From assembly GCA_041662665.1 (NCBI GenBank), contig JBAZSC010000002.1, positions 5,735 through 69,734 of the forward strand: a DNA stretch of 64,000 nucleotides, written 5' to 3'. Under the pieces are notes generated by a model. The model saw only the letters and a program-made list of their open reading frames with translations, was not told where the DNA came from and did not search any database. A program made the position numbers and the translations under genes. This DNA is from Patescibacteria group bacterium (GTDB taxonomy: Bacteria; Patescibacteriota; JABMPQ01; JAQVVF01). This document shows, piece by piece, positions 8,452-17,640 of the stretch; within the stretch, counting starts at the first letter, position 1, and each line of letters starts with the position of its first letter.

Positions 8452-9756
8452 CTAACTCTTGATTTTATCTCTCAACTTTTTCAATTTTTGAACAATCTTG
8501 AATTTCCCATCTTCCATAAAAAAATCTTTCAAATTTATTTCTTTATTCAATCCTCTATACAATCTTTTTCTCCATGAAGACTTATCATGAAATTTTATCG
8601 TTTCTAAATAAAGATTTAATAACTTTTGCGTCTGATTTTGAATCGAAAATTGTTTCGCAAATTCAACAGACTTTGTTGACATTTTAGCACGTAAATCAGA
8701 ATTTCGCAATAATTCTAGAACTTTTTGAGAATATAACTTTGAATCATCGTTAGAAATTTCATAACCATTTTCTGAATCTTTAACTACTGAAGTCAAACCT
8801 TCATCTTTCAACATTACAATTGGCAAACCAGATGCTGCTGCCTCTAATAAAACTAAGCTTTGAGTATCTGTCTTTGATGCAAAAACAAAAATCTCAGCAT
8901 CTGCAAAACATTTTGGTACTTCATCACGATTTGCAAATCCACCAAAAATAACTCTATCTTGTAAATTCTTTTTTTCAAATTCTTTTTTCAAATCTTCAAG
9001 ACTTGGCCCAGAACCAATAATTGCCAATATGCAATTATCATCTTCTTTTACTACTTTTTCAAACATTTTTACAAAAAACATTGGATTTTTTGGCTGAGCA
9101 ACTCTACCCAAATACATTATTATTTTTTTATCAGCAGGAATTTTAAATCTGCTTCGCAAATAATTTTTATCAACATTATTAAATTTGTCTAATTCAATTC
9201 CTGTCTGAATAACTGAAATATCATTCTTCACTCCATAGTCTTGCAACATTTTTTTTACTTTTTCCGAAGGCGAAATCAAAGCATCACATCTTTGGCTATA
9301 AAATACTGAGATGTCTTTTGCCAAACTCATAACAGCTTTATCCATACTATACCAATTCTTAAATAATGAATGACCAGTATATTTTTCGTAAAGTGTGTGA
9401 TAAGTATGAACAACTGGAATATTATAAAATAATGCCACAATACTCGCATACATTCCCATATAAAATGGAGTATGAGAATGGACTACATCAATTTTAAATT
9501 TATAAAAATCATGAAAAATCGGCGGTAAGTTTGGCAACGTCAAAGTAAATTCAGAAAACACATCCTGCTTCAAAGATTCAATTCGATAAATTCTTGGTCC
9601 ATCTTTTGGAATATTTCCATTTTCATCTTTCAATAATGGCGCAAAAATAAAAACTTGATGACCTTGTTTTTCAAGCTCATCTTTAAATAAATCTATTGAA
9701 TTTGCAACACCAGAAACATAAGGATGATAGGTGTCAGTAAAAAATGCTATGTTCAT
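8452..9756 (-). CDS. GT4 glycosyltransferase (diacylglycerol glucosyltransferase-like)
   Basis: MNIAFFTDTYHPYVSGV, HSHTPF, HTYHTLYE and FASKTDTQSLVLLEA. Confidence 0.88.
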   Translation of the reverse strand: MNIAFFTDTYHPYVSGVANSIDLFKDELEKQGHQVFIFAPLLKDENGNIPKDGPRIYRIESLKQDVFSEFTLTLPNLPPIFHDFYKFKIDVVHSHTPFYMGMYASIVALFYNIPVVHTYHTLYEKYTGHSLFKNWYSMDKAVMSLAKDISVFYSQRCDALISPSEKVKKMLQDYGVKNDISVIQTGIELDKFNNVDKNYLRSRFKIPADKKIIMYLGRVAQPKNPMFFVKMFEKVVKEDDNCILAIIGSGPSLEDLKKEFEKKNLQDRVIFGGFANRDEVPKCFADAEIFVFASKTDTQSLVLLEAAASGLPIVMLKDEGLTSVVKDSENGYEISNDDSKLYSQKVLELLRNSDLRAKMSTKSVEFAKQFSIQNQTQKLLNLYLETIKFHDKSSWRKRLYRGLNKEINLKDFFMEDGKFKIVQKLKKLRDKIKS

Positions 9757-9825
9757 AAAAATAGAAATTAGGAAACAGAAAACAGTACAACATTGAACAA
9801 TTTTCTGTTTCCTGTTTTCTATTTT

Positions 9826-10587
9826 CTAACGTATATCTTCAAAATCACTTGGCTGTTTTTTAAAAATAAACACATTCCAATAATTTTTGATATGAAACCA
9901 CAAAAACTTCCAAAATCCTTTTTCAAATCTTCTTGGCGAAGTATATACGAAAATCTTTGAATCAAAAACAACTTTACCATATTTTTTTAGCTTTTGTCCA
10001 AGAAAAACATCTTCAGCAGATTTTAAATTCAAATCATAGCCTCCAGCCTTAATAAATAAATCTTTTCGATAAGCAAAATTCATTCCAGTCACATTATCTT
10101 TTCCAAACAATCTAGAAATATGTAAAAACAAAGTATAAATATATCGAGCCAAAAATTTTAAATATGCTGGTCCACCATTCATCCTCACACTTCCATAAAC
10201 AACAGCAATTTGTTCAGGTGCTTCGAGTATTTCAAGTGTTTTCTGTTGTTCTTGTAAATCAAAATTAAAATGATTATCTATTTTTCTTAGCCAATCCCTC
10301 GGATAAACAGTATCCGCATCACAACTCGCAATAATCTCGCCTTGAGCATTCTCCGCGCCACTTTGCCTTGCATAAGAAACACCTTTTCTATTTTCTTTAA
10401 CAATTTTTAAATTATTAAAATTATTTTTCTTCGCCACATCTAGAACAACATCTTCAGTATGATCAGTACAAGCATTTAAACTCATAATCAATTCATAATC
10501 CAAAAAATCTTGATTCACAAGAGATTCAATGCACGGTCTAATATATTTTTCTTCATTATACGCAGGAACAACAATTGAAATTTTCAA
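9826..10587 (-). CDS. GT2 glycosyltransferase
   Basis: ISIVVPAYNEE, DAD motif, GMNFA, ED and TSPRRF. Confidence 0.9.
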   Translation of the reverse strand: MKISIVVPAYNEEKYIRPCIESLVNQDFLDYELIMSLNACTDHTEDVVLDVAKKNNFNNLKIVKENRKGVSYARQSGAENAQGEIIASCDADTVYPRDWLRKIDNHFNFDLQEQQKTLEILEAPEQIAVVYGSVRMNGGPAYLKFLARYIYTLFLHISRLFGKDNVTGMNFAYRKDLFIKAGGYDLNLKSAEDVFLGQKLKKYGKVVFDSKIFVYTSPRRFEKGFWKFLWFHIKNYWNVFIFKKQPSDFEDIR

Positions 10588-10688
10588 TCTTCAATAATCA
10601 ATTTACAATTAATTTTCAATAAATTAATTTTCAATAAACAGCTTGTAAATTGAAAATTGTAAATTTATTGAAAATTGTAAATTGAAAA

Positions 10689-11546
10689 TTATTTAATCTT
10701 ATCGCATTCTATTTTAATACCATCAGACAAACAACGAATATCTTTATCCAAATCTGTCCTCAAAACTTTAATGCCCAAATTATTCAAATTATCCAAAGTA
10801 ATTTGTCCAGGATGATGATAAACATTTTTCAAACCCACCATAATTATACCATAATTCGGTGCAACTGCTTTCAAAAAATCCATTGAACTTGAATATTTGC
10901 TTCCATGATGGCCCACTTTCAAAACATCACTTTTCAAATCAACATTGCTAGTCAAAATTTCTTTCTCATTTTTTACTCCTGCATCACCTGTCATCATAAT
11001 AGAATTTTGCCCATAAATCAATCTTAAAACAACCGAAGAATCATTTTGATCCTCGCCTTCTGTATAATTTATTGGAGCTAAAATTTTAATTTTAGTTTGT
11101 CCTATAGAAATTTCATCACCAGCTTTAACATTTTTTTCTAAAATATTTTTCTCTTTAATTATTCTTTTAAATTCTGAATAACCAGCATAATCATCTTTAG
11201 TTACAAAATACAAAACTTCTCCAACATCATATCTTTTTAAAACATCAACAAGCCCATCTATATGATCAGCATGTGAATGACTCAAAATCATTAATTCAAT
11301 ATTTTTATCATAATATGGCATTACCTTTCCCAATTTTTCCAAAATCTTACTGCTTGGACCTCCATCAATTAAAACATCTTGAGAATCAACAGTCCTAAAA
11401 TATGAGGCATCTCCTTGCCCAATATCAAAAAAATAGGCTGTTAAATTTTTATCAGATTTAAAAACCGCTGGCCATAAAACAATATTTAGCAATCCAAATA
11501 CAACTATAATGCTATAAACAATTTTTTTATTTTTAACTTTTATCAT
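10689..11546 (-). CDS. ComEC/Rec2-type metallo-beta-lactamase domain protein
   Basis: FFDIGQGDA, LIDGG, SHSHADHIDG, NDSSVV, TGDA and LKVGHHGS. Confidence 0.9.
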   Translation of the reverse strand: MIKVKNKKIVYSIIVVFGLLNIVLWPAVFKSDKNLTAYFFDIGQGDASYFRTVDSQDVLIDGGPSSKILEKLGKVMPYYDKNIELMILSHSHADHIDGLVDVLKRYDVGEVLYFVTKDDYAGYSEFKRIIKEKNILEKNVKAGDEISIGQTKIKILAPINYTEGEDQNDSSVVLRLIYGQNSIMMTGDAGVKNEKEILTSNVDLKSDVLKVGHHGSKYSSSMDFLKAVAPNYGIIMVGLKNVYHHPGQITLDNLNNLGIKVLRTDLDKDIRCLSDGIKIECDKIK

Positions 11547-11556
11547 AATTAAATAT

Positions 11557-11587
11557 CGTAGAGACGTTGCATTGCAACGTCTCTACG
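11557..11587. repeat. GTAG-type REP palindrome
   Basis: CGTAGAGACGTTGCA-T-TGCAACGTCTCTACG, perfect 15-bp arms. Confidence 0.8.
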
Positions 11588-13058
11588 TCTTAATTTTTTT
11601 TCTAAAAAATCTCCAACTAACAATAATAATAACATAATACAATATCGTCCATCCAAACCAAAGTTTATCAACTTCAATTGATGCAAAATCAAATTTTACA
11701 AAAAATTCCACTAGCCAAATCATATACGAAACAAGCAACCATGCTAAAAGCCCGAACAATCTTCCTATTGGCAGAACAAACAATCCAAAAATTCCGCCCA
11801 TGAATCCAAATAGCATCGTCAAAGGCACAAATGGCAAAATCAATATATTTACCAATGGTGAAATTACCGAAAGTCTTTGAAAATTATTAAAAATAATTGG
11901 CAATACTAATAATTGTGCCGCCAAAGTCATTCCCAATATTTCTTGCAATTTAAAAATATTTGGCAGAAATTTTAAATATTTTAAAATAATTGGCGTAAAA
12001 TAGACGATCCCAATCGTTGCTAAAAAAGATAACTGAAAACCAACATCAAAAGATAATAGCAATGGATTAATGAAAACAATTGTTAATGCCGAAAATAAAA
12101 GCACGTTTCTAATATTCGACATTCTGCCAGAATTCAAAGCAACTAGAACTAATCCTCCCATAATAGACGCTCTAATTGCTGAAGATTGCACTCCAGTAAT
12201 AATTATAAAGAACAATAATCCAGTTACAGCTAAAACAAAAGATTGTTTCCTGCTCAAAAAATACATCCCAAAAGCTAATAAAATAGAACATATAATTGTA
12301 ACATGATAACCTGAAACAACTATTATATGAGAAACACCAACAAAATTAAATTTATCCATTAATTCTTTTGATAAACCACTTTTATTACCCAATAATAATC
12401 CGTCCATCAAAGAAGCTTGCGGTTCTGACAAAATTTTCGTCAAACTTGACCTAAATTTACTCTTTATTTTTAAAATATAGTTAAACAATAAATTTCCATG
12501 TCCGCTAGAAACTAATTCAATTTTTGGATTATAACTAACCGAATATATGCCGCTTTTAGCTAAAAAATCTCGATAATTAAATTCATTAAATTCACCAGGA
12601 TCTTTTAATTTTGCTTGCATTACTACCGAATCTCCATAATTAAATTCTGGATATTTTGGCACAGTTACCAAAATTTTACCTTTTAATTTATTTTCGTTAT
12701 CTCCTAATTTTAAATTTCCTAATGTCAATCTCGTATTCTCTATTCTAATATCAGGCTCAGAAACAACATTTCCAATAACTTTAATTTCTTCTTTTTCGTT
12801 ATAATATTGCACCCATGTATTATCAACTTTTGGCAATGCTATTTCGTATCGAAACATTCCAAATAAAAAAACTAAAATTCCCAAACCAATAAACAAACAA
12901 ATCCGATATTTATGCCAAATAAAAATCAGAATTAATGCACAATTAATAATTACTAATTTTAGAATTAAATTAAAATTAAAAAATTGAGATAAAAAAATCC
13001 CTCCCAAAAATATAGCACCTAGCCAAAAAAATATTTTTGCCTTAGTTAATTTGAACAC
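11583..13058 (-). CDS. comEC: ComEC/Rec2 competence protein (OB/DUF4131 plus membrane competence domain)
   Basis: GVSHIIVVSGYHV, SAIRASIM, DVGFQLSFLAT and many TM segments. Confidence 0.9.
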   Translation of the reverse strand: MFKLTKAKIFFWLGAIFLGGIFLSQFFNFNLILKLVIINCALILIFIWHKYRICLFIGLGILVFLFGMFRYEIALPKVDNTWVQYYNEKEEIKVIGNVVSEPDIRIENTRLTLGNLKLGDNENKLKGKILVTVPKYPEFNYGDSVVMQAKLKDPGEFNEFNYRDFLAKSGIYSVSYNPKIELVSSGHGNLLFNYILKIKSKFRSSLTKILSEPQASLMDGLLLGNKSGLSKELMDKFNFVGVSHIIVVSGYHVTIICSILLAFGMYFLSRKQSFVLAVTGLLFFIIITGVQSSAIRASIMGGLVLVALNSGRMSNIRNVLLFSALTIVFINPLLLSFDVGFQLSFLATIGIVYFTPIILKYLKFLPNIFKLQEILGMTLAAQLLVLPIIFNNFQRLSVISPLVNILILPFVPLTMLFGFMGGIFGLFVLPIGRLFGLLAWLLVSYMIWLVEFFVKFDFASIEVDKLWFGWTILYYVIIIVSWRFFRKKIKT

Positions 13059-13134
13059 TTTATCTGTTCAACTAAAATAATAAAATAAATTAAAGACCAA
13101 GATCTTTGTTCAATTTAATAAATTTAATTATAAC

Positions 13135-13161
13135 AAAAAGTCCGTGAAATTTCACGGACTT
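13135..13161 (-). terminator. terminator downstream of ftsZ
   Basis: AAGTCCGTGAAA/TTTCACGGACTT palindrome plus T-tract. Confidence 0.65.
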
Positions 13162-13194
13162 ATAACTTATACCTTTAATCTTGTATCTTCGTTT

Positions 13195-14358
13195 TTACTT
13201 ATTCAATTTTCTTCTTATAAAAGCTGGTACGTCTAATTCGTCATCATCAGCTTCGATTGTTGGTCTGCGAGGTTCTTGAATTTTGGGTCTATTGTTTTCA
13301 ACTGATTGATAACTAAATCCTTTAAAAACGTCATTTTGAATATTAGATGAAGAAGATGAGGATAATGTTGATAATGGAATTGAATCATCAAGATTTTTTT
13401 TCTTTTTCTTTGATGAAAATCCTGTAGCAATTACTGTGATCTTTATCTCATTATTTAAACTTTCGTCCCTAACAGCACCAAAAATAATTTTAGCTTTTGG
13501 ATCAACTGATTCTGTAATTACTTTAGCAGCTTCATCAATTTCCAACATTCCTAAATCATCGCCACCGCAAACATTAAATAACACGCCTGTTGCGCCATCA
13601 ACTGATTGTTCTAACAATGGACTATCGATTGCTTTCTTTGCAGCTTCAGCAGCTCTATTTTCGCCAGAAGCAACGCCAATACCCATCAATGCCGAACCAG
13701 TACCTTCCATGATTGCCCGAACATCTGCAAAGTCTACATTAACAACGCCTGGAACAGTAATTAAATCCGATATACCTTGAACACCTTGCCTTAAAACTTC
13801 ATCAACTACTTTAAATGCATCAGTCAAAGAAGTTTTTTTATCAATTATTTGCAATAATTTGTCATTCGGAATTGTAATTAAAGTATCAACTTTGCTTTCC
13901 AATTCTTCATGCCCTTTTTCAGCAATATCATTTCTTTGTGCACCTTCGAATGAAAAAGGTTTTGTCACAACACCAACAGTCAAAGCGCCAGCTTCTTTTG
14001 CAATACTCGCAACAACTGGAGCAGCGCCAGTACCAGTTCCGCCACCAAGTCCGCAAGTGATAAAAACCATATCGCTTCCTTTGACAGCTTCTTGAATTTC
14101 TTCTTGGTCTTCTTCTGCAGCTTGTCTTCCAATTTCTGGATTCATGCCCGCACCCAATCCTCTTGTCAAAGTCTTGCCAATATTAATTCTTGTTTTAATA
14201 TTAGAAACTTGCAATGCTTGAGCATCAGTATTCACAATAATAAAATCAACGCCTTTCATTGTCGATGAATGCATTCTACTTACAGCTGAACAGCCACCTC
14301 CACCAACACCAACCACTTTGATTCTCGCAAATGTTTCAATCTCTGGTTTTATCTCCAT
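13195..14358 (-). CDS. ftsZ: cell division protein FtsZ
   Basis: GVGGGG, GGGTGTG, NVDFAD and C-terminal LDVPAFIR. Confidence 0.97.
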   Translation of the reverse strand: MEIKPEIETFARIKVVGVGGGGCSAVSRMHSSTMKGVDFIIVNTDAQALQVSNIKTRINIGKTLTRGLGAGMNPEIGRQAAEEDQEEIQEAVKGSDMVFITCGLGGGTGTGAAPVVASIAKEAGALTVGVVTKPFSFEGAQRNDIAEKGHEELESKVDTLITIPNDKLLQIIDKKTSLTDAFKVVDEVLRQGVQGISDLITVPGVVNVDFADVRAIMEGTGSALMGIGVASGENRAAEAAKKAIDSPLLEQSVDGATGVLFNVCGGDDLGMLEIDEAAKVITESVDPKAKIIFGAVRDESLNNEIKITVIATGFSSKKKKKNLDDSIPLSTLSSSSSSNIQNDVFKGFSYQSVENNRPKIQEPRRPTIEADDDELDVPAFIRRKLNK

Positions 14359-14592
14359 AAATTTATTTTTAACACTTTAATATACAAATTATTCTAAAAT
14401 TATCGGAGCATCTAAAGCTATTCATTAGTATTCGTATGTGCCTTTTCGCTTTATTATTCGTATGTTCGCATTCGTAGTGCGCTTTTCGCATACTATTTGC
14501 ATGTGCTTTTTCGCTAAAGCCATTCGCATACCAAAAATGAGCTTATCTAATAGCTCATTATAGTTGAAAAAATTATATACATCAAGAATCAA

Positions 14593-14601
14593 TGTGGATA
14601 A
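14593..14601 (-). promoter_or_regulatory. DnaA box
   Basis: TGTGGATAA is a perfect TTATCCACA on the minus strand, in the ftsA-ftsZ spacer. Confidence 0.45.
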
Positions 14602-14658
14602 GTTGAACAAGACTATTGTTCAAACTGTCCAAATTTTGTTTACAGTTTACAATTTATT

Positions 14659-15894
14659 CTATGGAAGAAATGTTTTGAACCAACCTTTTATTTTATCTAC
14701 AGTATTACCCATTGAAGAAATTCCAGGCACGTCTTTTCTCTCTTCTACATGACTCAAACCCCACATGATCAGACCTTCTGGTGTTGCATATGATGGATCA
14801 TCCATTTTATCAACCACTCCAGGTATGCTTTCAGGAAAGCCAATTTGTGCTGGCAATCTTAATTCTTTTTTCGCTAAATCAACAATATTTGGCAATTTTG
14901 CGCCACCACCACATAACACTATGCCAGCTGGTAATTTTCCTGATCTATCAATTTTTCTAAGCTCTTTATCGATCATCGAAAACATTTCTGATAATCTTGC
15001 TTCAATTATTTCTACGATTTTTTTTCTTGCAACTAGTTGAGGTTCGCCACCAACAATCTTCGATAAATCAACTTCATCTCTCTTATCAATATCTGAAGTC
15101 ACTGCTACTCCATATTCTAATTTTATTCTTTCCGCATCTTCGATAGAAGTACGAAGACCAATAGCCAAATCATTTGTAATATGTTCAGAACCAATTGGCA
15201 ATACAGATACAGTCATCAAATCACCTTCTTCATAGACAACTAATCCAGTTGTACCGCCACCAATATCAACCAAAACAACACCTAATTCTTTCTGTTTTTT
15301 TGACAAAACAGAATAGCTAGCTGCAAGAGGTGAAACAATCAAATCATCAATTTCAATACCAGCTCTCGCAATACATTTTGTTAAATTCTTAATATATGAC
15401 GTTGCTCCTTCAACAATTACTGCTTCAACTTCCAATCTTACACCATTCATTCCAATCGGATCTTTAATGCCTTCTTGATTGTCGACAATAAAATATCTTG
15501 GCACAACATGTAAAATTTCATGATTTGGTGGTAATGAAATTGCTGATGCTGCATCAATTGATCTTGAAACATCATCTTCTGTGATTTCGTTATCAGCACG
15601 GCCAACTGCAATCACACCTTTGCTATTTTCAGAAATAACATGGCTCCCTCCAACTGAAATAAAAGCATGTTCAATTGGAACACCACTTGTTCTTTCTGCT
15701 TTTTCAATTGATGAAGATATGCTACTAGTTGCTTCTTCAACATCAACAACAACTCCTCGTCTTATTCCATTAGAAAAAGACTCACCTAATCCAATAATTT
15801 GAGGCTTTTCTGTTTCAAAATCAACTCTTGAAACAATTGTTCTAATTTTGTGAGACCCTATATCTAGTCCAACAATAATTTCTTCTTTAGGCAT
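14659..15894 (-). CDS. ftsA: cell division protein FtsA
   Basis: VGLDIGS, VDIGGGTT, AERIKLEYG and LCGGGAKL; adjacent to ftsZ. Confidence 0.96.
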   Translation of the reverse strand: MPKEEIIVGLDIGSHKIRTIVSRVDFETEKPQIIGLGESFSNGIRRGVVVDVEEATSSISSSIEKAERTSGVPIEHAFISVGGSHVISENSKGVIAVGRADNEITEDDVSRSIDAASAISLPPNHEILHVVPRYFIVDNQEGIKDPIGMNGVRLEVEAVIVEGATSYIKNLTKCIARAGIEIDDLIVSPLAASYSVLSKKQKELGVVLVDIGGGTTGLVVYEEGDLMTVSVLPIGSEHITNDLAIGLRTSIEDAERIKLEYGVAVTSDIDKRDEVDLSKIVGGEPQLVARKKIVEIIEARLSEMFSMIDKELRKIDRSGKLPAGIVLCGGGAKLPNIVDLAKKELRLPAQIGFPESIPGVVDKMDDPSYATPEGLIMWGLSHVEERKDVPGISSMGNTVDKIKGWFKTFLP

Positions 15895-16020
15895 TTAGTT
15901 TTGATTTTGTTTTATAAATATAATTCTTTAATAATAGATTTAGTGTAACAAAAAAATCGATAAATTGTAAGATTAATTTGTTGATAAATAGATTTTTAAA
16001 AATATCTATTTAATTTCTAA

Positions 16021-16413
16021 CTAAATATTAAATAAATTTATAATTCTTGGCAAGAAGATAATTATACCAATTGCAACAGCAGCCAACGATGCAACTAATA
16101 CAGTTGCTGCCATCATATCTTTTATTATCATCGCATAATCATGAATTCGCGGTTTTAGAATATCAACTATTCTTTCAAATATGGAATTGACTAATTCAGC
16201 AAAAATTACCAATGTCATTGCAATTATCAAAATCAATGCTTCTAACATCGATACTTTAAAGAAAACCATTAATATAATTACAATCGAAGCCACAAAAAGA
16301 TGAATTCTAAAATTTTGTTCTTCTTTAAAAGTATAAATTAAACCTTTAAAAGAATAACCGAAACTTTTAACTAATCTTTTTAAATCTATTATTTTCATTT
16401 TTATTTTTATCAA
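16021..16413 (-). CDS. dgkA: diacylglycerol/undecaprenol kinase
   Basis: SFGYSFKGL...EEQNFRIH, ELVNSIFERIVD and KDMMAA. Confidence 0.88.
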   Translation of the reverse strand: MIKIKMKIIDLKRLVKSFGYSFKGLIYTFKEEQNFRIHLFVASIVIILMVFFKVSMLEALILIIAMTLVIFAELVNSIFERIVDILKPRIHDYAMIIKDMMAATVLVASLAAVAIGIIIFLPRIINLFNI

Positions 16414-16415
16414 TA

Positions 16416-16910
16416 TTAATTATAAAAACAAGCTTTATATTGAATTCGCTGCAATACAGGTTTAATTTTCTCAACCTTTTCAGTTTTGCCCATATTGTCA
16501 TATTCCACCAGTTCTTGTTCAAGGCTCAACAGAGGCAAAGACATTCCTTGGTATTCTTTAATAAATATCTTGTGATTTTGATTAGGCTCGGACCATGAAC
16601 CGTTTCTAAGACGATATTGAAACTCACCCATCACGTCAATGTTCACACCATCGATTTTATATATTCCAAAGAATGATTGATATTTATCAGTACTTGAAAA
16701 TTTAGATTCTTTCACTTTGTATTCATCCATCAAAATATTTATTTGTTTTGAACCTACCTCAGTCGTTAAAATATCAATATCATTGTTAATTTGCACATCC
16801 ACCCCCTGAATCACAAGCGAAGTGCTTCCACTCAAAATCCAGGGAATGTCTTTACCATCGATTAATTGAACGAACTTTTTTAGAACATTTAAAATATGTG
16901 CTGGTACCAT
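16416..16910 (-). CDS. nucleotidyltransferase-fold protein
   Basis: W.LSGSTSL.IQGVD...NDIDIL pol-beta NTase motif; third acidic residue in IDVMG. Confidence 0.65.
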   Translation of the reverse strand: MVPAHILNVLKKFVQLIDGKDIPWILSGSTSLVIQGVDVQINNDIDILTTEVGSKQINILMDEYKVKESKFSSTDKYQSFFGIYKIDGVNIDVMGEFQYRLRNGSWSEPNQNHKIFIKEYQGMSLPLLSLEQELVEYDNMGKTEKVEKIKPVLQRIQYKACFYN

Positions 16911-16940
16911 ACAGATGGTTTAAATTAAAGAAATATTTGC

Positions 16941-17369
16941 CTAACTATAAAATTTATCTAAGATTTTTCGGAGGCGAAATAATATTTCCTTTTGCAAAAA
17001 AACCATTTTTTTATAACCTTTTTCATTTTCATCATTATAATCAAAAAGATGCAAGATGCCATGGATAAAAATTTCTGCTAATTCTTCTTTGTCATTTCTT
17101 TCAATCTTTTTTGCTTGTCTTTTTACTTGATCTATACAAATAAAAATTTGACCTAAAAAATTTTCTTCTTTTATATTGAAAGTCAAAACATCAGTAACTT
17201 TATCTATTTTGCGATATTTTTTATTTAGATTTTTAATTTCATCATCACTAACTAAAACCACATCAAAATCATAATTACTTTTTTCATTCAGATAGCTAAA
17301 GGTATCCTTAGCTATCTTTTCAAAAAAGTCTTTATTAATCTTGCTCTTTGTGCGATTAATTAAATTCAT
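16941..17369 (-). CDS. ybeY: rRNA maturation RNase YbeY
   Basis: LNKKYRKIDKVTDVLTF and IHGILHLFDY. Confidence 0.9.
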   Translation of the reverse strand: MNLINRTKSKINKDFFEKIAKDTFSYLNEKSNYDFDVVLVSDDEIKNLNKKYRKIDKVTDVLTFNIKEENFLGQIFICIDQVKRQAKKIERNDKEELAEIFIHGILHLFDYNDENEKGYKKMVFLQKEILFRLRKILDKFYS

Positions 17370-17602
17370 TATTGTTTGAATGCTTGACTATCTAATTTTC
17401 CTATCTTTCGAAGATAATCTCTTTCTTTTCTAAATTCACTGCGTTTAATTGCACTTCTTCTTGTTAAGTTCTTGCTTTTCTTTCTTTCAAAACGTTTTTT
17501 GCTTCTTGCCAAAACCAAAACTCCACTTCTCTGAAGTTGTTTCTTAAATCTCCTTAACATACTTTCGATTTTCTCATCGCCTCTTTTGGTTACATCAACC
17601 AT
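17369..17602 (-). CDS. rpsU: 30S ribosomal protein bS21
   Basis: EKIESMLRRFKK...SGVL..AR; basic 77 aa. Start reassigned to ATG 17602 behind GAAAGGTGGGTGA. Confidence 0.78.
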   Translation of the reverse strand: MVDVTKRGDEKIESMLRRFKKQLQRSGVLVLARSKKRFERKKSKNLTRRSAIKRSEFRKERDYLRKIGKLDSQAFKQ

Positions 17603-17640
17603 TAGATTCACCCACCTTTCTTATAAATATATTTATTAAA

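Noticed and set aside
13138-13161. Palindrome containing GTGAAA/TTTCAC considered as parS
   Set aside because: The half-site arrangement does not match TGTTTCACGTGAAACA. Its position after ftsZ and its T-tract fit a terminator.
14425-14752. Short ORFs in the ftsA-ftsZ spacer
   Set aside because: They derive from the repeat tract or overlap ftsA, and have no RBS or motif.
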